Source: Macrostomum lignano
Taxonomy: Eukaryota
NCBI GenBank assembly: GCA_002269645.1
Contig: NIVC01004761.1
Location: forward strand, 1-35,694
Length of the DNA: 35,694 nt
Reading direction: 5' to 3'
Below the pieces are notes generated by a model. It did not search any database, was not told the DNA's origin, and saw nothing but the letters and a program-made list of their open reading frames with translations. Position 1 is the stretch's first letter. Each line of letters begins with the position of its first letter. This document shows, one piece after another, positions 21,500 through 32,069 of the stretch. Made by a program: the position numbers and the translations under genes.

Positions 21500-21855
21500 C
21501 TAGCTAATTAGAGCTGGCTGCCAGCAGCCAGAATAAATTTTTATTGCCCCCCTTTAAGTGAGGCCCAGTGAGTTTTCTTATCAGTTGGCTCTGGCGCAAT
21601 CAATTAAAATTGGCAGTGAAGTTTCTCGCTGATAAAATTTGCATTGAAAAAGGCCATTTAAAACAGTTTTTCGAATATTTAATCCCTTTAGCATTGAAGC
21701 AGATTAAAGAAATTTTAACCGTCTTCTTTCCAGACAATTTTGCATCTTTTGGCGAAAACGCGATGAAAATCGGTGAAGAATTGCAATCTCTAGAGCGTTA
21801 TGGACAAGCAAGCAAGCATACAAATATTAGAGATTTAGTATATTTAAGATTTAGA
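21500..21855 (-). mobile_element. Mini-Helitron unit 3 (356 bp)
   Basis: 5' TC at 21855; perfect hairpin ctggctgccagcagccag at 21514-21531, 10 nt from CTAG at 21503-21500. Confidence 0.75.
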
Positions 21856-22205
21856 CTAGCTAATTAGAGCTGGCTGCCAGCAGCCAGAATAATTTTTTTA
21901 TTGCCCCCCTTTAAGCGGAGCGGAGTGAGTTTTCTTATCAGTTGGCTCTGGCGCAATCAATTAAAATTGGCAGTGAAGTTTCTGGCTGATAAAATTTGCA
22001 TTGAAAAAGGCCATTTAAAACAGTTTTTCGAATATTTAATCCCTTTAGCATTGAAGCAGATACAATAAATTTTAACTGTCTTCTTTCCAGACAATTTTGC
22101 ATCTTTTGGCGAAAACGCGATCAAAATCGGTGAAGAATTGCAATCTGTAGAGCGTTATGGACATTCAAGCATACAAACCTTAGAGATTTAGTATATTTAG
22201 ATAGA
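21856..22205 (-). mobile_element. Mini-Helitron unit 4 (350 bp)
   Basis: Near copy of unit 3; hairpin at 21870-21887, CTAG at 21859-21856, 5' TC at 22205. Confidence 0.75.
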
Positions 22206-22307
22206 CTAGCAATCTACGCCCCCCGTTGGGGAGCCAAAACAATGCAATATACATTTTTAATAAGCTACTTGTAGCCTTGAAATCTTAAAAGATCTCCTGT
22301 CTAACTT

Positions 22308-22358
22308 CTAACCCTAACCCTAAACCTAACCCTAATCCCAACCCTAACCCCAACCCTA
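22308..22358 (-). repeat. Degenerate (TTAGGG)~8 telomere-like tract
   Basis: Minus strand: TAGGG TTGGGG TTAGGG TTGGGA TTAGGG TTAGGT TTAGGG TTAGGG TTAG. Confidence 0.7.
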
Positions 22359-22363
22359 GGATG

Positions 22364-23070
22364 ATACGAAACTGCGTGCATAAATTCGCCGAAGTATTAA
22401 ACATTTCTGTTCGTATTAAACATATACACAGTACATGTACAAAATACCAATACTGTTCAACTGTACTGTTACGAGCTACAACAAACAAAGGAACAACAAA
22501 CCGGTACGTGCTTTTAATTCAATTTTAAACAACCGAAAATTGACGTTCAGAAGTTTAAAAAAACGATACCTTAACAAACACACGTATTTATTCAAATGAT
22601 ATGATATGATCTTCTGCTGCTAATACGAGCGTAGCAGATGAAAATTTGCAATAATGTAATAATTTATTAACAAAAGGATCGACTGTCGCTTCAGCAGATG
22701 ATGCCATCGACAAGCAGCCAGTATAGCTTTAGCGGTACAAAAATTTACATGTATATGCCATCCTGACTACCTGCCGACTCGCGTCACTGCTCAATTGCAT
22801 GCATTCGGTGTAAGCAAATGTAGAGACACTCATTCTCAAACCAAACATTAAGTCGCTCAGCTCTGCTTAAGGCTGCTACAGAGCTTGACTGCAAATGCTC
22901 CTTTTAGAGTTTGGAACCACAGGGTATATAGAGCAGCTCCTATACACCATTCACAAACTCTTTTAGCCCAGTTAAGATGCAGTCAACCTACTCTCAATGA
23001 GGGCTGCTTCATAAATTCCAATTATACATACAGGTTTGACCTGCTTATACCTGTACTATATCTGTTTACT
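22364..23070. repeat. Module M, truncated copy
   Basis: Similar to ~4229-4920; similarity ends at the telomere-like tract. Confidence 0.8.
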
Positions 23071-23820
23071 GACTGTATTTTATGGTCTGTTTAGAGGCTG
23101 TATTGTCTGTTTAGAGGCTGTATTTTATGGTCTGTTTAGAGGCTGTATTGTCTGTTTACTGACTGTACTTTATGGTCTGTTTAGAGGCTGTATTGTCTGT
23201 TAAGAGGCTGTATTTTATGGTCTGTTTAGAGGCTGTATTGCCTATTTAGAGACTGTATTGCCTGTTTAGAGACTGTATTGTCTATTTAGAGACTGTATTG
23301 CCTGTTTAGAGACTGTATTGTCTGTTTAGAGACTGAATTGTCTGTTTAAAGGCTGTATTGTCTGTTTAGAGGCTGTATTGCCTGTTTAGAGACTGTATTG
23401 TCTGTTTAGAGACTGTATTGCCTATTTAGAGACTGTATTGCCTGTTTAGAGACTGTATTGTCTATTTAGAGACTGTATTGCCTGTTTAGAGACTGTATTG
23501 TCTGTTTAGAGACTGAATTGTCTGTTTAAAGGCTGTATTGTCTGTTTAAAGGCTGTATTGTCTGTTTAGAGGCCGTATTGTCTATTTAGAGGCTGCATTG
23601 TCTATTTAGAGGCTGCATTCTCTGTTTAGAGGCTGCATTGTCTATTTAGAGGCTGAATTCTCTGTTTAGAGGCTGTATTGTCTGTTTAGAGGCTGTATTG
23701 TCTGTTTAGAGGCTGTATTGTCTATTTAGAGGCTGCATTGTCTGCTTAGAGGCTTTATTGTCTGTTTAGAGACTGCATTTTCTGTTTAGAGGCTGTATTT
23801 TCCTGTTTAGGGACTGCATC
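23071..23820. repeat. Satellite S1 array B
   Basis: 20-bp ctgtattgtctgtttagag units. Confidence 0.95.
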
Positions 23821-23887
23821 ATTTTCTGTTAGACGACTGTATTTATTGTGTAATGTCTACTTTAAGTACTGTTATATTTATGTCCCT

Positions 23888-24011
23888 ATGAGTATAAGGA
23901 GGAACTTATGAAACATTCCTCGTAAATAGGATTTACTCAATGTACTCTCTCAGGGCTATCAGTTCATTGAGACTCTACGCGACTTTGATTTCACTCTCAG
24001 CCATCAGACGC
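23888..24011. repeat. Module U, copy 3' of the RPA-like gene
   Basis: Matches 6314-6437. Confidence 0.85.
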
Positions 24012-25431
24012 TCGGGTCAAAAAAGTGGCACGCGCCAACTGTGGCAACTCACTGATACGAAGTGCTGTTCTGTACGCTGTGATCATCGAACGGCATTCTG
24101 CTCGACTCATCCTGACCGTCGACACCTCCACTGCGGTGAAACTGACTCCGGTCATCACCCGTCGACACTCGTCTGTATCGAATCTGCGAGAACGAAAAAT
24201 GTATAAAGATATAAAATATGTGTAATAAGAAAGCCATATTAAGCAACTAAATTTGTAGAAAATCACTCACCTTTTTGCCATTTCCAAAGTCCCTCACAAT
24301 TTCCTTCGAGTGCAGGCTCTCGAATGGTGGTCACACTTTCGTCTCCAATCTTATCAGCACCAAGTCCTGGAGTAGGCACTGGAGCGGGCACAGGTTCAAA
24401 TCGGGTATCGCCTTCCTTTGCATTCCTATACCAGTCAGCCAAGACTCTGGCTTCACCATCGTCACTGTTGCATTTTACGTCAGAGTTCGAGCATCCCAAC
24501 GTGACGGAGCCCGAATACTCCTGCACCTTTGCTCTTCTTATGGACAAAACATCGCCGATGTTCCACCTGTCCACTTGAGCTGACGACGAACCCCAAAACG
24601 TGCAGCTTACAGAGCCGAAGGTTCGGTCAACCAAAGTCACTTTGGCTACGTTAACCTTCTTCCCAGCACGCGTTCGGACTTCTTCAGGCGGTTGCCTGGC
24701 GTCGATCACTCCCAGCACATCGACGATTCTGATAGTGAAAGGGAGCAGTACTTTTTTTAACTATTTACACACTAACTTAAGCATCACATTAGATTTCTAA
24801 AGTATTTGTACACTAACAGGAGCATCATGAAACTAATAACCCAGGCTTCGTACAGTGTTGCGATGATAAATATTTTCAAACACAAGACAAACTAACTGTC
24901 ACCCAAAAACACGATTACATGTACTTTCACTCCGCGATATTTGAGCACTAATACATGACGAAAACTACTAAATCAATTAGTCACTCACCTGTCCAATCCA
25001 GTCTGTTGCAGTTGATTAATGCTAGTGTAATTAATTACTGGATCTCGAGCAACCGGCACTTCGTTGCTTCTTTAGATGAAGCCCTTGGAATCCACGGAAA
25101 CGGTCATCTCAAGTGGATTGTCCGTACACTTGTACTCTGGCTTGGCAGTCTTCACCATCCCGCCGGATATGCGAACGGCTTCAGCATCGTTGCATACTTC
25201 CCAGACAGCTTGCAGGTCCTTACCGAAGACGCTGACTCGCATCTCAGATGAGTCGTCCACCAAGATGAACGAAAACACTTGGCCCTGACCTTTGTTGTTA
25301 TTATACGTGTGAACGTCTTTCAGGTTCGTCACAAGGCCAGTGACAGGCGTAGGCATTTGACCAGCTGTCAGACCTGCAATCCCATCCTTCTTCGACTTCT
25401 TTTTCAAAGGTGACTGTGAATAAGAGGCCAT
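23997..25431 (-). pseudogene. RPA70-like gene, copy B (exons 25431-24989, 24728-24271, and a last exon from 24183 with uncertain frame); in-frame TAA at 25074-25072
   Basis: DBD-A-like VFSFILVDDSSEMRVSVFG...YKCTDNPLEMT and DBD-B-like IVDVLGVI...VTLVDRTFGSVSCTFWG...AKVQEYSGSVTL...EARVLADWY. Canonical GT-AG sites. TAA stands where copy A has TAT. Confidence 0.8.
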
Positions 25432-26501
25432 TTTGCACAAAAAATTATCCAACAGTCGAAAAAGGAACTGATAAAAAGTATCAATCAAACTTTTTCTAAG
25501 CAATGATAAGCTTTAACTTTAAGACAACAAAATAGGCTTAACAAATCACAAAGTATATATGTTGAAATAAAAGTAGCCACGAAAAACACCACCTCCCCTC
25601 CAGCCCAGTACATTGTACTCAATTTTGCATTCATTTTTATTTTTATTACACAATCTAATTGGCTGGACACACAACCCACCCCAATCACTCCCGTGCCCAG
25701 CATTAAAGCACACACTGCACCCTCTGCTGTACGTTAAGGTCTCCTCACTTTTCTCACCTAATCCTTTTGTTTGTTTGCTATCACGTTTTATGGTGACACA
25801 ATTCTCACCGACTGACTCAGCAAGTGTAGGCAATACTTTAAGAGTTCGCGGTCGCATGTACTTCACTGCACAAACAAAACTTGTATGGCGCGGCTGACTG
25901 GTTCAGCCATTTTCGCACCTTCTAAGCCGGGAAAGAAAAACAGGCGACCCTCAAGTCAGGCTGCATGGCCACCAGTACGCTAGACAATTTGTAGACCAAT
26001 CGCCGCTCTAAAGCCCCGACCTGCACACCCTCGCCTGTACAACCGACCAATAGGAAGCCTCAGACTTGTACAGAAAACCACCCTAAGGCTCAGCGAAGCG
26101 ACGACGCACAACCCATAACCCCTATTTTATTCGCCCCTACACCTCAGTTTCAGTGCCTTTATAGTCTGATTCGTTTTTAGAGTCATAATAATAAAAAGAT
26201 AAGATGCATATTACACAAATATTCGGCGGCGGTAGAAGGCGAGGCGGCAGCGGTAGGCGAGGCGGCTGGCAGCGCGGCAGCGGCCCACGCGGAAAGAGTA
26301 GTGAGTACCTTCCTAAGACACTGTAAATCTTCAGCTTTGAGTACATTCGAGTATAGTCCTAAATTTTATCTAATTGTAGCCTGTTACCGACTTTCATGCT
26401 ACTCGTATTATTACTGATAAATTTTGCAAAAATTTCCCTTCTTTTAATTGCCAGTCGTTTGTTTCTTCTGCGGAGGCCGCCACCGCGTAGCCAGCTGCAA
26501 C

Positions 26502-28296
26502 CTGCTGGAAATGATTGGCAATTTGGAAGGAGTTGAAGTGAGCGGGTTTGCTGACGACCTGGCGGCCTGGACGTGTGACAAGGATAGCGAAAGAGCGGCG
26601 GAGAGAATTAAGGGGGTGATGGAACTCGTTGATGAATGGAGCAAAAAATGGCTGCTGCCGGTGGCGCCCAGCAAATGCACCTTGACGCTGTTCAGCATCA
26701 GTGGGAGAAAGAAAGTTCCTAGGGAGGTGATGGTTTGCCTAAGAGGTATGCAGCTGCGATGGGAAGCGAACCCCAAATTCTTGGGCATTACCTACGACAG
26801 TAGACTGAGCTTCACCAAGCACGTGCAGGAGATATGCAAGGCCGGCAAGGGACGCATTCAGATGATCAGAAAGCTGGCGGGCAGCGACTGGGGCTGGCAT
26901 AGCAAACTCCTAAGGCAGACGTACACGGCGATGATTGAGGGAAAAATCCTGTACGGATCTACGGCCTGGATGCCGTGGCTCAGCGATAGGAGCTGGGCGA
27001 AGCTGGAAGTGCTGCAGAGGAGAGCGACGAGAGTTATTGGAGGGCTGCTAGCGACGACGCCGATCGAAGGGGTGAGAGAGGAGAGCGGAACCGAGGAACT
27101 GCGCGGTAAGGCCAGTGGGAGGGCGGTGCAGAGGCTGGACAAGCTGCTCAGATGTAAAGAGGGATCGATCAGGAGGAGGCTTGCGGAAGAAAAGGGAGCT
27201 GGCAGGCTCAACAGGAGGAGTTGGAACAGATGGGCGTGGAAGATGCTGAAGGAATGGCATCTGGAGGTGGCAAGGTTTGAGGAAGAGGACCCGGAGAGGC
27301 CAGGTGTGGAATGGAGAGGCGTTTCGATCATTGCGGAAGGCAGACGAACGGACGTTGAGGAGGAATGTAAAGCGATGGGTATGGAACGCATCAAGGAAGC
27401 TAGCGAAGGGGCGGATGCAGTTATCTTCACGGATGGATCGGTTAACAGCAAGGGAGCCGGAGGCGGCGGTATGGTGGTGCTGAGTGGCGACTTGGAGCAG
27501 ACGTTAGCATCCAAAAAGATCGCAGGAGGAAGAGTCGCGTCGTCGACACAAGCGGAGCTGTATGCAATCTGGGAAGCGACTAGATGGCTTGCTGCTGAGC
27601 AAGACAACTGGAGTAAAGCGGTGGTGTGCACAGACAGTAAGAGCGGCCTCCAAACCATCAACAGGCAGGGAAAGAATCCGCTGGCCAGGCTTATTAGGTC
27701 GGAGCTCGGTAAGCTGGACCAGAATGAAAAGCGGGTGACTTTGCTCTGGATCCCCAGCCACTGCGGGATCAGAGGGAATGAGGAGGCAGATAAGGTGGCG
27801 GGAGAGGCGGTTAACGAGTTGAGGCAAGACGAAGTGAAGGTGCTAGGCAGCACGGTCGCGAAGAGGGCGAGGCGGATCGGGAGACAGATTTGTGAGTGGA
27901 GGCATGAGAGAATGAGGAGGGTGTATGCAAGCACGAAAGGCAGGAAGAGAGACCCGGGGTTCAACTGCAGAGAGGATGAGGTGAGCTACAGAAGAATGCG
28001 CACGGGACACTCGATTGAGCTGGCTGCCTACAGGAGAAGAATTGGACTGCAAGAGGAAGGACGGTGCAGGGGTTGCGGCATGGAAGATGAGACGATGGAG
28101 CACATCTGGGACTGCCCGGCGACGGATGGCAGAAGGAGGATGTGGTGCTGTGAAGGCATGCAGGCGGTTTGCGAGCAACCGGAGGAAGCCCGGAGTTACT
28201 GGGAATGGTGGAGAAGCCTCCCGCAGTGGGGAGCCAGTGTTGAGGACGAAAACTGACAGGACGGAGTAGCAGAGTAGTTGGCATCAACAACAACAA

Positions 28297-28305
<9 letters not shown>
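26502..28305 (+). mobile_element. 5'-truncated non-LTR retrotransposon B (RT C-half, RNase H, CCHC; I-group-like), ORF uninterrupted, (CAA)7 tail
   Basis: GFADDL, PKFLGITYDSRLSF, IFTDGS, STQAELYAI, CTDSKS, WIPSHCGIRGNEEAD and RMRTGH...CRGCG...EHIWDCP. Stop at 28256. The sequence is clearly different from LINE A and more purine-rich. Confidence 0.9.
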
Positions 28306-28328
<23 letters not shown>

Positions 28329-28590
28329 GCAGCAGCAGCAGCCGCAGCAGCCGCAGCAACAGCAGCAGCATCAGCAGCCGCAGCAACAGCAGCAGCAGCA
28401 GCCGCAGCAGCAGCAACAGCAGCCGCAGCAACAGCAGCAGCAGCAGCCGCAGCAGCAGCAACAGCAGCCGCAGCAGCAGCAGCAACAGCAGCCGCAGCAA
28501 CAGCAGCAGCAGCAGCCGCAGCAGCAGCAACAGCAGCAGCAGCAGCCGCAGCAGCAGCAACAGCAGCCGCAGCAACAGCAGCCGCAGCCA
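28285..28590 (+). repeat. CAA/CAG/CCG tract (102 codons Q/P), copy B
   Basis: Read directly. Confidence 0.95.
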
Positions 28591-28654
28591 ATGAATTTCC
28601 AATGAATATTTATTTTAATATATATAAATAAACTATATCTTAGTAAACTATATT

Positions 28655-29566
28655 ACTTTTTTGACTTTTGATTAAAATCCGCGATAGACTTATTTATTTT
28701 TTTGGACTTTTGAAACAATGGCGCACCAGTACAAAGTTTTGTGAACAGAATATTCTAATGCCATGAAATATTCAAAGTATAATTCATTCTCACCATAGCA
28801 TGTCATGACAAAGAATGACCGTACATACACACTTACCATTTCATACTGGCTTACTTTGAAAGTAGAACAATACGAAACTGCATGAATGAATTCGCCGAAC
28901 TATTAAACATTTATAAGTTTTACGATTATTATACACAGTACAAAAAACTGTTTTATCCATTTTTAACTGCTATAACTAACAAAGAAGCAAACGGCAAATT
29001 AAATTTTAAACTATTAACAACCACAAATTGAAGTTTAAAAATTGAAACAAAAGTTAAACAAACACTTGTATTTATTCCAACGATATATGTATGATCTGCT
29101 TCTGACTACTAACGCTGAGCAAGTTTAATATTTCGTACAGATATTGAAAAATGTAATAATTTATTACAAAAGGATCGACTGTCGCTTCAGCAGATGATGC
29201 CATCGACAAGCAGCCAGTATAGCTTTAGCGGTACAAAAATGCACATGTATATGCCATCCTGACTACCTGCCGACTCGCGTCATTGCTCAATTGCATGCAT
29301 TCGGTGTAAGCAAATGTAGAGACATTCATTCTCAAACCAAACATTAAGTCGCTCCGCTCTGCTTAAGGCTGCTACAGAGCTTGACTGCAAATGCTCCTTT
29401 TAGAGTTTGGAACCACAGGGTATATAGAGCAGCTCCTATACACCATTCACAAACTCTTTTAGCCCAGTTAAAATGCAGTCAACCTACTCTCAATGAGGGC
29501 TGCTTCATAAATTCCAATTATACATACAGGTTTGACCTGCTTATACCTGTACTATATCTGTTTACT
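28655..29566. repeat. Module M, full copy
   Basis: Colinear with 4013-4920. Confidence 0.88.
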
Positions 29567-29910
29567 GACTGTATTTTATGGTCTGTTTAGAGGCTGTATT
29601 GTCTGTTTAGAGGCTGTATTGTCTGTTTAGAGACTTTATTGTCTGTTTACTGACTGTATTTTATGGTCTGTTTAGAGGCTGTATTGTCTGTTTAACTGAC
29701 TGTATTTTATGGTCTGTTTAGAGACTGTATTGTCTGTTTACTGACTGTATTTTATGGTCTGTTTAGAGGCTGTATTGTCTGTTTACTGACTGTATTTTAT
29801 GGTCTGTTTAGAGGCTGTATTGTCTGTTTACTGACTGTATTTTATGGTCTGTTTAAAGGCTGTATTGTCTGTTTACTGACTGTATTTTATGGTCTGTTTA
29901 GAGGCTGTAT
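29567..29910. repeat. Satellite S1 array C with a ~46-bp higher-order unit
   Basis: ttactgactgtattttatggtctgtttagaggctgtattgtctgt is repeated. Confidence 0.92.
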
Positions 29911-29992
29911 CTAGCTGCCAATGGGGTACACAGAGCTCTGAAATCACAAACACAAAAAAATCACAATGACAAAAATTATTGATTGAAAATTG

Positions 29993-30421
29993 ATTTTTAC
30001 ATGACGCTTCTATGATTTTTACCTGACGCTTCTATGATTGTTTACATGACGCTTCTATGATTTTTTACATGACGCTTCTATGATTTTTTACATGACGCTT
30101 CTATGATTTTTACATGACGCTTCTATGATTTTTACATGATGCTTCTGATTTTTACATGACGCTTCTACGATTTTTTACATGACGCTTCTATGATTGTTTA
30201 CATGACACTTTTACGATTGTTTACATGACGCTTCTATGATTTTTCATGACGCTTTTATGATTTTTACATGACACTTCTATGATTGTTTACATGACGCTTC
30301 TATGATTGTTTACATGACGCTTCTATGATTTTTTACATGACGCTTTTACGATTGTTTACATGACGCTTCTATGATTTTTCATGACGCTTCTATGATTTTT
30401 ACATGACGCTTCTATGATTGT
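29993..30421. repeat. Satellite S2 array B
   Basis: catgacgcttctatgatttttta units. Confidence 0.95.
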
Positions 30422-30530
30422 TTATACCTGTACTATACTATACTCTATACTATACTCTATACTATGACACCTTTAGTCCTTTAATTAGTCCTTTAATAAA
30501 AGCTTTCAATAAAAAAACATTTCTCTACTA

Positions 30531-30594
30531 AGATTCGAACCCAGGTCGCGACATTGGCAGTCCAGTCTGTTCACATCTAGGCTAGCTCTTATCG
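30531..30594 (-). promoter_or_regulatory. tRNA-like A/B-box motif T, unit 5 copy
   Basis: Minus strand: gcTAGCCTAGATG...ctgGGTTCGAATcttag; a T-arm-like stem can form. Confidence 0.5.
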
Positions 30595-31169
30595 AATTTA
30601 TAAATGAAATTGTAGCACCTATATAATTCAACACTCACTCACGAAGCAGTTATGACATAATCAATTTCCCAGGCAAGTCAGTATCAGTCTCAATTAAATT
30701 AAAGTTGACTAATCAAGTCTGGTGCTACGCAATCTAAATCAAGTCCGGTGCTACGCTTCCACACTGCATTTTAAATACTGTGACGCAATTCAAGTCGGAG
30801 ATACAATTCAGTAATGATGCAATCTATTTCAGAATCAGAATTCAACCAGTCAATTTTTTTCTCTTAGCATTCTTATGCATTTCAAGTCGAAAATTTTGCT
30901 TGACCTTTGCAAAAAAGCATGTTTTTCGAATATTTAATGCCTTCAGCATCGAGCAATTTCTTAGCCAAGACACATGTACCGTCACGGGAAAATTTTTGAT
31001 TGAACAGTGCAAGTTCGAACGAAATCGGTCCAGCCATTTTTTCTCTAATCGATTGCGTACACACAAACAAACAAGCAAGATTTTTATTTTTAGTATATTG
31101 GACTAGCCAATTCCAACCCCCGTTGGGGCTTTCCGTCCAAACTCCAATCACAGTTTTCCCACGCAATAA

Positions 31170-32060
31170 AATTTCACCCCACTGAATCCCACATCCAAAG
31201 AATCCCTCATCCAAAAAATCCCCCATCTATGAAATCTCTGATGCAAAGAATCTCACATGCAAAGAATTCACTATCCAAAGAATCCGCCATCTAAAGAACC
31301 TCCATCGATAGAATCCACTCAATTCCCAACTCCACACAATCCACCAATTCCCCACTAAAGGAATCCTTCTATCTGAAGAATTCCCCATCCAATGAATCGC
31401 CCATCCATAGAATCTCACATGCAAAGAATCCTATATCCAAAGAATCCTCCATTCAAAGAACCCCCCATTGATAGAATCCTGATTCGAAGAATCCCCATCC
31501 AATGAATTTCCTATCCAAGGAATCCGCCATACACAGAATCCCCATCCAAAGAATCTCAAATCCATCCCTATCCAAAGAATCCCCATCTAAATAATCGACA
31601 TCCAAATAATCCCCATCCACAAAATCCCCATCTAAATAATCCAAAGATTCTGAAATCTAAATCATCCCTTATCTAAAAAATCATTGACAAAATAATCCCC
31701 TCATCTAAAGAACCCCCGTCCAAATAATCCCAATCCAAAGAATCCAAAGAATCCCCCTCCAGAAAACCCCCCTCTAAAGAATCCACATCCAAATAATCCC
31801 CATTAACATAAACCCCATCCAAAGAATCCAAAGAACCCCCTATCCAAAGAATCCAAAGAATCTCCCATCCAAATAGAATCCTTGGCCAAAGAATCCCCTC
31901 ATCTACAGAACACCCATCGAAATAACCCCATCTAAAGAATCCCCTCATGCAAATAATCTCCGTCCAAACAATCCAAATCCAATCCAATCCAAAAGATCCC
32001 TTTATCGGAAGAACCCTACATCGAAAGAATCCCCCATCGAAAGAAGTTCCCAATGAATCA
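31170..32060. repeat. Degenerate satellite S4 (~15-17-bp aagaatcccc(c)atcca); a second block at ~32480-32950
   Basis: aaagaatcccc / atccaaagaa motifs recur throughout. Confidence 0.8.
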
Positions 32061-32069
32061 TTCTTACCA

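Larger units (their letters stand above)
26204..28605 (+). pseudogene. RGG / CCHC knuckle / polyQ gene, copy B (exon 1 26204-26300, exon 2 from 26455), interrupted by LINE B
   Basis: The spliced frame gives MHITQIFGGGRRRGGSGRRGGWQRGSGPRGKS|IVCFFCGGRHRVASCN. A 102-codon Q/P tract at 28285-28590 ends PMNFQ*. Confidence 0.65.
22206..31102 (-). mobile_element. Helitron unit 5 (8.9 kb), RepHel-deleted derivative of the unit-1 family
   Basis: 3' hairpin at 22218-22234 plus CTAG, and 5' TCCAATATACTAAAAA at 31102. Same module order as unit 1, but S1 joins S2 through an ~80-bp filler where unit 1 has U-RepHel. Confidence 0.8.

Noticed and set aside
26858-27964. 368-aa minus-strand ORF and the 226-aa ORF at 2853-3533
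   Set aside because: They are antisense to LINE coding regions and have no motifs of their own.
27961-28631. Poly-Leu, poly-Ala and poly-Thr ORFs
   Set aside because: These are alternative frames and strands of the CAG/CAA/CCG tract.
30531-30594. Functional tRNA gene
   Set aside because: The T-arm-like stem is present, but there is no convincing acceptor stem or canonical anticodon loop. Kept only as an A/B-box motif.
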